A stretch of 63,947 bases of DNA, filler included, from Globobulimina sp. (lineage: Eukaryota), in assembly GCA_003354225.1 (NCBI GenBank). It is 23 parts of 23 records of this genome, joined end to end, with 100 filler letters (N's around TTAATTAATTAA, not from the genome) between each part and the next. Parts side by side here need not be neighbours in the genome. Positions count along the whole stretch, not along the records: positions 58,484 to 61,165 come from PIVH01005368.1; positions 61,266 to 63,947 come from PIVH01005369.1; 21 more parts are not named here. One strand, given 5' to 3'. Below the pieces are notes generated by a model, which saw nothing but the letters and a program-made list of their open reading frames with translations, was not told the origin of the DNA and searched no databases. Shown here in pieces: positions 59,015 to 63,947 of the stretch. The translations under genes and the position numbers were made by a program. The stretch's first letter is position 1. Every line of letters starts with the position of its first letter.

Positions 59015-61165
59015 TTGCACAACAGTAAAGGTTTATTTTTAGTGTTTTTTTTTTGGACGTACGTCACTTTCGATATGTTGTACATGCAACAGATGCATAT
59101 TTCACTTTGGAAACATGGTAAAGGGTTTCTAATATTTTGTGTGCTAATCACAATAGCCACTTTTCTGTTGGTTCACTTTGATATACCATCATTACATAAC
59201 ACCCAACATTTTTACGTACAACATGTACATGTAAATTCTATCCATGATAGAATTGCAGCACAAAAACAATATTTTGCGACATCAACCAATGCATTGAATG
59301 AGTTAATAAAACATCAAATCATTAACAAAACACATCTGATCAGACTGCGTCCATTTCTTCCAAAGAAAAAAATATCAAATAATTATAATGAATTATTTTC
59401 CAAATACATTAGAAAAGATACTAACAAATTGTCTCAATCAACCAGCAAAATAATAATGTTATTTGTGACTGGAATAAAAGGTTTCGACCATAATATATTC
59501 GATTCAATATTCAACAAATTACAAATACTCGATCCAGACCATATCATTCATTTATTGCCCACCTCAGAAATAGCCACATATCTCGACCAGTGTTGGTCCT
59601 TTGATTTCTGGGGAATCACTGATTTGAATGTACGCTTCAGCGGCTTTGCCAAATGGAAAAATATCAATACAACTCATAGCATTCAGCCAGGTGACAATTT
59701 TTGTCATCACGTTCAACAAAAATTGAATAAAATATCTCTACAAAGAAACAATAGCAATCGAGATATTTTATTACTTTCAGCCTCATTCAGTTATCCATAT
59801 TATTCCTTATCAAACACACAATATCCAGATATTACAAAATTAATCGAATGGACCCAAAACACCAAACCATTTCCCATTGATTTAAGGTTATTAGTATTAA
59901 ATACAGATTACAATCAGTCGATATCTGTATGTTTAAAATATAATGACTGTCAGCAAAGGATATCATTACAGTCACATATGTTAAACGCAATGCACTCACA
60001 GCTGTTACAGATCGACCCTCGATTCTGGACACAAATAAATTATACAGACTTCTTACAAAATACGTTTGAGTATGTATCCATTTTGAAATCATTAACAGAT
60101 TTGGATGAGGATAAAATTATAAACGCATTGACTGCAATCAAATTAAATCCAGAAAGCCAGGATGCTACAAATAAATTTACAGCACTGCAGTTATGGAGTA
60201 TCAATGCATCGTATTATTCCTTCCATGTTCGGAATAGATGGCCATTGTTCACTGCTAAATACATCGACAAACAGCTCCAAAGTATTGATTACAATGCGTT
60301 ATATGCAAAGTATATAAAAAAAGATTATACTGCACTGCAGCGGAAAAATTTAAAATTAATATTCATTGTCGGTGTGGAAGGAGTGGGACATCATTTTTTT
60401 AGGACATTGTTCGATGAGTTACAGAATATGAATGCATTAAGTTATGTCCATCAAAATGATCGGCCATGGCCCCAGGATCCGTTATGGTTACTTTTAGACC
60501 AATGCTGGGCGTTTGATATGTGGGGAATGGTGAAGCCACCATCATGGCTCACGGTGAATGTAGCATATTTGCCCAAAATCGAACAGGATATAACCCGTCG
60601 CAGTAAATCAGTATGTAATGTGGTGCAGAAACGATTTAATGATTATTCGTTAAGTTTGCGTAATAATTCCGTATTATTTATGTCAACACATTATAGTTTC
60701 CCGTATGATGATGCAGTGACGAACAGATATCCTGATTTCGTGCAACTGATTGAATGGGCCAACAATGCAAAACCATACCCATTCGATGTGCGCATTTTGA
60801 TATTAAAACGGGATTATAAGACATCGATAATCTCAACTTGTGTGAAACGGTTTGGTGGATGCACCGAAAGGATACCTTTATTGGCCAATATGTTGAATGT
60901 TATTCATGCTCAGCTGTTGCAAATTGATGCCGAGTATTGGCTGCAAATCAATTATACCGATTTGACCAATCGCATGCTGCAATATGCAAATATATTTAGT
61001 GTGTGGTTTAATGTCAAATTGGAAAATGTTAAAAAAGCTATGCGATTATGCATAAAGTCATACAAAGCGCGTAAACAAAAGATGAATACAGGAAGGAAGT
61101 CACCAGCATTAAGTGCAGAACAGCTGTGGGCAATAAATGAATCTTATTATACGTGGCATGTACGA
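59015..61165 (+). CDS. Type II membrane protein with two tandem sulfotransferase-like domains (3' truncated)
   Basis: N-terminal TM; two ~310-aa repeats; LIFIVGVEGVGHHFF resembles the 5'-PSB loop. Confidence 0.6.
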
Positions 61166-61359
61166 NNNNNNNNNNNNNNNNNNNNNNNNNNNNNNNNNNN
61201 NNNNNNNNNTTAATTAATTAANNNNNNNNNNNNNNNNNNNNNNNNNNNNNNNNNNNNNNNNNNNNTTATACAATAAATCATATCATCTCAATCTGCATTC
61301 TGCAGTGCACAAAAGTTTTCAAATTCAGACCTAGTTGATTTATTTAACATACTTTATTT

Positions 61360-62649
61360 ATGAATTGCAATACAAACAAAGCGCCTGAATTTTGCAAATA
61401 TCCTCATGATTACTATTCAATTGTTGCAGTATTTGGTGAATATCCTATGAATATCTCTGCATTCTCAGATTTATTGGTCAATGGTTATCAAAATCTATCA
61501 AATATTGATAAATTGATTCCATTTATGACAGAACAAAGATATACATGGTTTCAATTAAAAAATGATAAACGCATTATCCGTGTTGGTACGTTAATAAATA
61601 ACAATGGAACATATTCTGATGGAATTGAGATCCAATCGTTTTGGGACATGCAATTCCAAAGTCATCCAGAAACACATTCTGTTTCTCAAAAGTCCTTAAA
61701 ATGGATTGGTATCATTCAAATGATGCCAAAGTATAAAATTATCCAAAATAATTTAATAAAATTAGACATGAATCAAGCTCAAAATTATAATACATACAAT
61801 AGAGTTCGATTAAAACATGCATATAATACAAATATAGTTTATTCCAAACATGCAAACAATTATTTTATGATTGAGTCGTCCAATATGACGGTTTATGATC
61901 CAATGTATGATAACTTAGAACTTTATAATGTAGAAAATGGAAAATGGTTTATCCGGTACGATGGTCAATTATTAATTGAACATGAAAGTGTTTATAAACG
62001 CAATTTGTTTCTCGAAGATGATAAGTTGTGCCCAAACAATGAGATCGATTATGACATATTTGAGGAAGCAAAAAAAGAATTTATGGAAAATGAGGTGGAT
62101 AAAACATTGATATCATTTTGGGTTCGGGGCATAGCTAAATTTGAAGAATACTGCGCACAGAGAATTAATATGTTGTGCTCAATTTTATCATTCCCCGAAT
62201 CAATATGCCAAGTTATTGTAAATTGTTATGAAATAAGCCCAAGAAGTCATCATTGGTGGTATGTCAACAAAAGGTTCTATCAAGATTCAATTGGAGATAA
62301 TTGGGAGTTTCCTTGGGATCCTGTTGTTGGATTTGAAAGTAATACAATTGGTATATTTGATAGTAAACATGTTAACGATGAACAATGTGTTGAACAGGAA
62401 ATAAAAGATGAATGTCAAGTGTTATTCATTGAATATGGATATAATGAAATCTACCAAGATTTATGGGGAATGATGTTCAACGAAACATTGAATTATGTAT
62501 CAAAACATTGCCATTTGGATTGGTGCGCATTACCATTTGGTGTCGCTGCATACAAATCTCCATACGAATCTGAGTCATTGTTGGTCAAAAGGGACCCTCA
62601 AACAAATAAAATAAACGTAGTTGCACTTGCTCATATTTGGGGAGACTGA
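61360..62649 (+). CDS. Hypothetical protein
   Basis: 429-aa ORF, no family recognised. Confidence 0.6.
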   Translation: MNCNTNKAPEFCKYPHDYYSIVAVFGEYPMNISAFSDLLVNGYQNLSNIDKLIPFMTEQRYTWFQLKNDKRIIRVGTLINNNGTYSDGIEIQSFWDMQFQSHPETHSVSQKSLKWIGIIQMMPKYKIIQNNLIKLDMNQAQNYNTYNRVRLKHAYNTNIVYSKHANNYFMIESSNMTVYDPMYDNLELYNVENGKWFIRYDGQLLIEHESVYKRNLFLEDDKLCPNNEIDYDIFEEAKKEFMENEVDKTLISFWVRGIAKFEEYCAQRINMLCSILSFPESICQVIVNCYEISPRSHHWWYVNKRFYQDSIGDNWEFPWDPVVGFESNTIGIFDSKHVNDEQCVEQEIKDECQVLFIEYGYNEIYQDLWGMMFNETLNYVSKHCHLDWCALPFGVAAYKSPYESESLLVKRDPQTNKINVVALAHIWGD

Positions 62650-62688
62650 CGCTTTTCTTGAAGTGAGCTAGTCACTCTTAAGACGACC

Positions 62689-63947
62689 ATGTGGTCAAAG
62701 ATCAGCTATATCAACACACACAATGTGCATGCTTTGCAACACCAACAAAAAAAGCCACATTCCTGTAAAGCAATCTGTATTATCACAGCAATTATATTTG
62801 TAGCAATTATTTTCTACATCACATATTTTGGCAGAACCACAACAAATCTCAATTCGCGATCACCAGCACAGAATCTATTGCAAAAAAATGATATCCAGTC
62901 GGATGAATTTTTATTACCACCGGTGGCTAATGACGAAACCGACACATTTTATCCAACAGAAATTCTGCTCGATCCATCTCGAGAAATAATTCAATCAGAC
63001 ACCAGCGAAACAAGTACCTATTATGCCTCAAATGGTTATGATGATTTAATCACATCAATGCCAAATCTATTACCACAAACATGCACTGATTCGCCATCAA
63101 ACTGCGGCTTCAATCATTATTTTGGCTATTTATTAGCAAACAATAACCGAGAAATACATTATTGGTTTATCGAAGCAGAGCGTAAACCACATAAAAAACC
63201 CGTATTCTTCTGGACAAACGGTGCGTTTCTGTGTTTTTATCAATCTCTTTTGCGATTTTCTATAACTATAACTATGACAAGGAGGACCTGGCTGCAGCGG
63301 TATGGACGGTTTATTAACAGAACATGGCCCATGGAAAGTGTTAGAAAATGGCCAGATTGGCTACAACAAATACAGCTGGATCAATGAAGTGAATATGGTT
63401 TATTTGGAACAACCATATGGTGTTGGATTTAGCTGTCCGGATACCGGTGAAAATGTGATTGGTGGCGATCAGAATTCAGCGGACGATATGGATGCTGCCA
63501 TCAGAGATTTTATTAATAAGTTCCCTGCTTTCGCGGATAACAAATTTTATTTATCTTCTGAGTCCTGGGGCGGACATTATGTCCCAATCACAACCTACAC
63601 CATATTGCAGAATAATGATAATGGCGTGCAGCCATATATTAATTTTGCTGGTTTTTTGTTAGGTAATCCCTCCACCGATCCCTATGAAAATAAGTATGGT
63701 TTTGTGGGTGGTATTTATGGCCACGGACTGTTGAAAAGCAGTGATTGGGATAGCTGGCGGGAGGAATGCTGGAGTAACAGAGAAGCGATTGATACTTCAG
63801 AAGTGTGCGCAGCTATCCATACTCGCGCATATTATGCAGCATTTAATGCAAATGTGTATGCATTGGACTATCCGCAATGTTATGCGGATGAAGACTGGAG
63901 CTTAAATGAGAAAGTGATGGAATCGGCAAAATTTATGAAAAATGCGC
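62689..63947 (+). CDS. Serine carboxypeptidase, family S10 (3' truncated)
   Basis: HYWFIEA ... FWTNG|GPGCSG (intron 63221-63281), EHGP, LEQPYGVGFS, SESWGGHYVP, GFLLGNP. Confidence 0.93.

Noticed and set aside
2689-61265. Regularly spaced TTAATTAATTAA as a biological repeat or CRISPR
   Set aside because: Always inside fixed N runs; an assembly linker. ORFs ending in X...LIN are artefacts

Overview
This is not one continuous locus. It is 23 unrelated contigs of about 2.68 kb, joined by artificial 100-nt spacers (N44-TTAATTAATTAA-N44), so synteny across spacers means nothing. Most sequence is an AT-rich protist nuclear genome with the standard code and short GT-AG introns (mostly 50-75 nt). Gene content looks Rhizaria/foraminifera-like, which is an inference. 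Recognisable genes: RTCB, a divergent actin, DNALI1/p28, Oxa1/YidC, FCP1/SCP phosphatase, cyclin, U-box, RING, MRH, SUEL lectin, fascin-like, S10 carboxypeptidase, PI3K, amino-acid transporter, Ras-like GTPase, an APE-RT non-LTR retrotransposon and a Penelope-like RT. Four contigs carry bacterial fragments fused to eukaryotic DNA, probably amplification or assembly chimeras. Best leads: (1) an expanded family of large ADP-ribosyltransferase-fold proteins with an altered R-S-E triad (3 members here); (2) a C-rich to G-rich skew flip inside individual genes of both orientations; (3) a minimal hammerhead ribozyme and a PHD-bearing Penelope-like element; (4) two long G-U-rich intergenic hairpins; (5) an actin with two TGA codons in the D-loop that an alternative donor could splice out. 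All calls are by-eye motif recognition; no searches were run.
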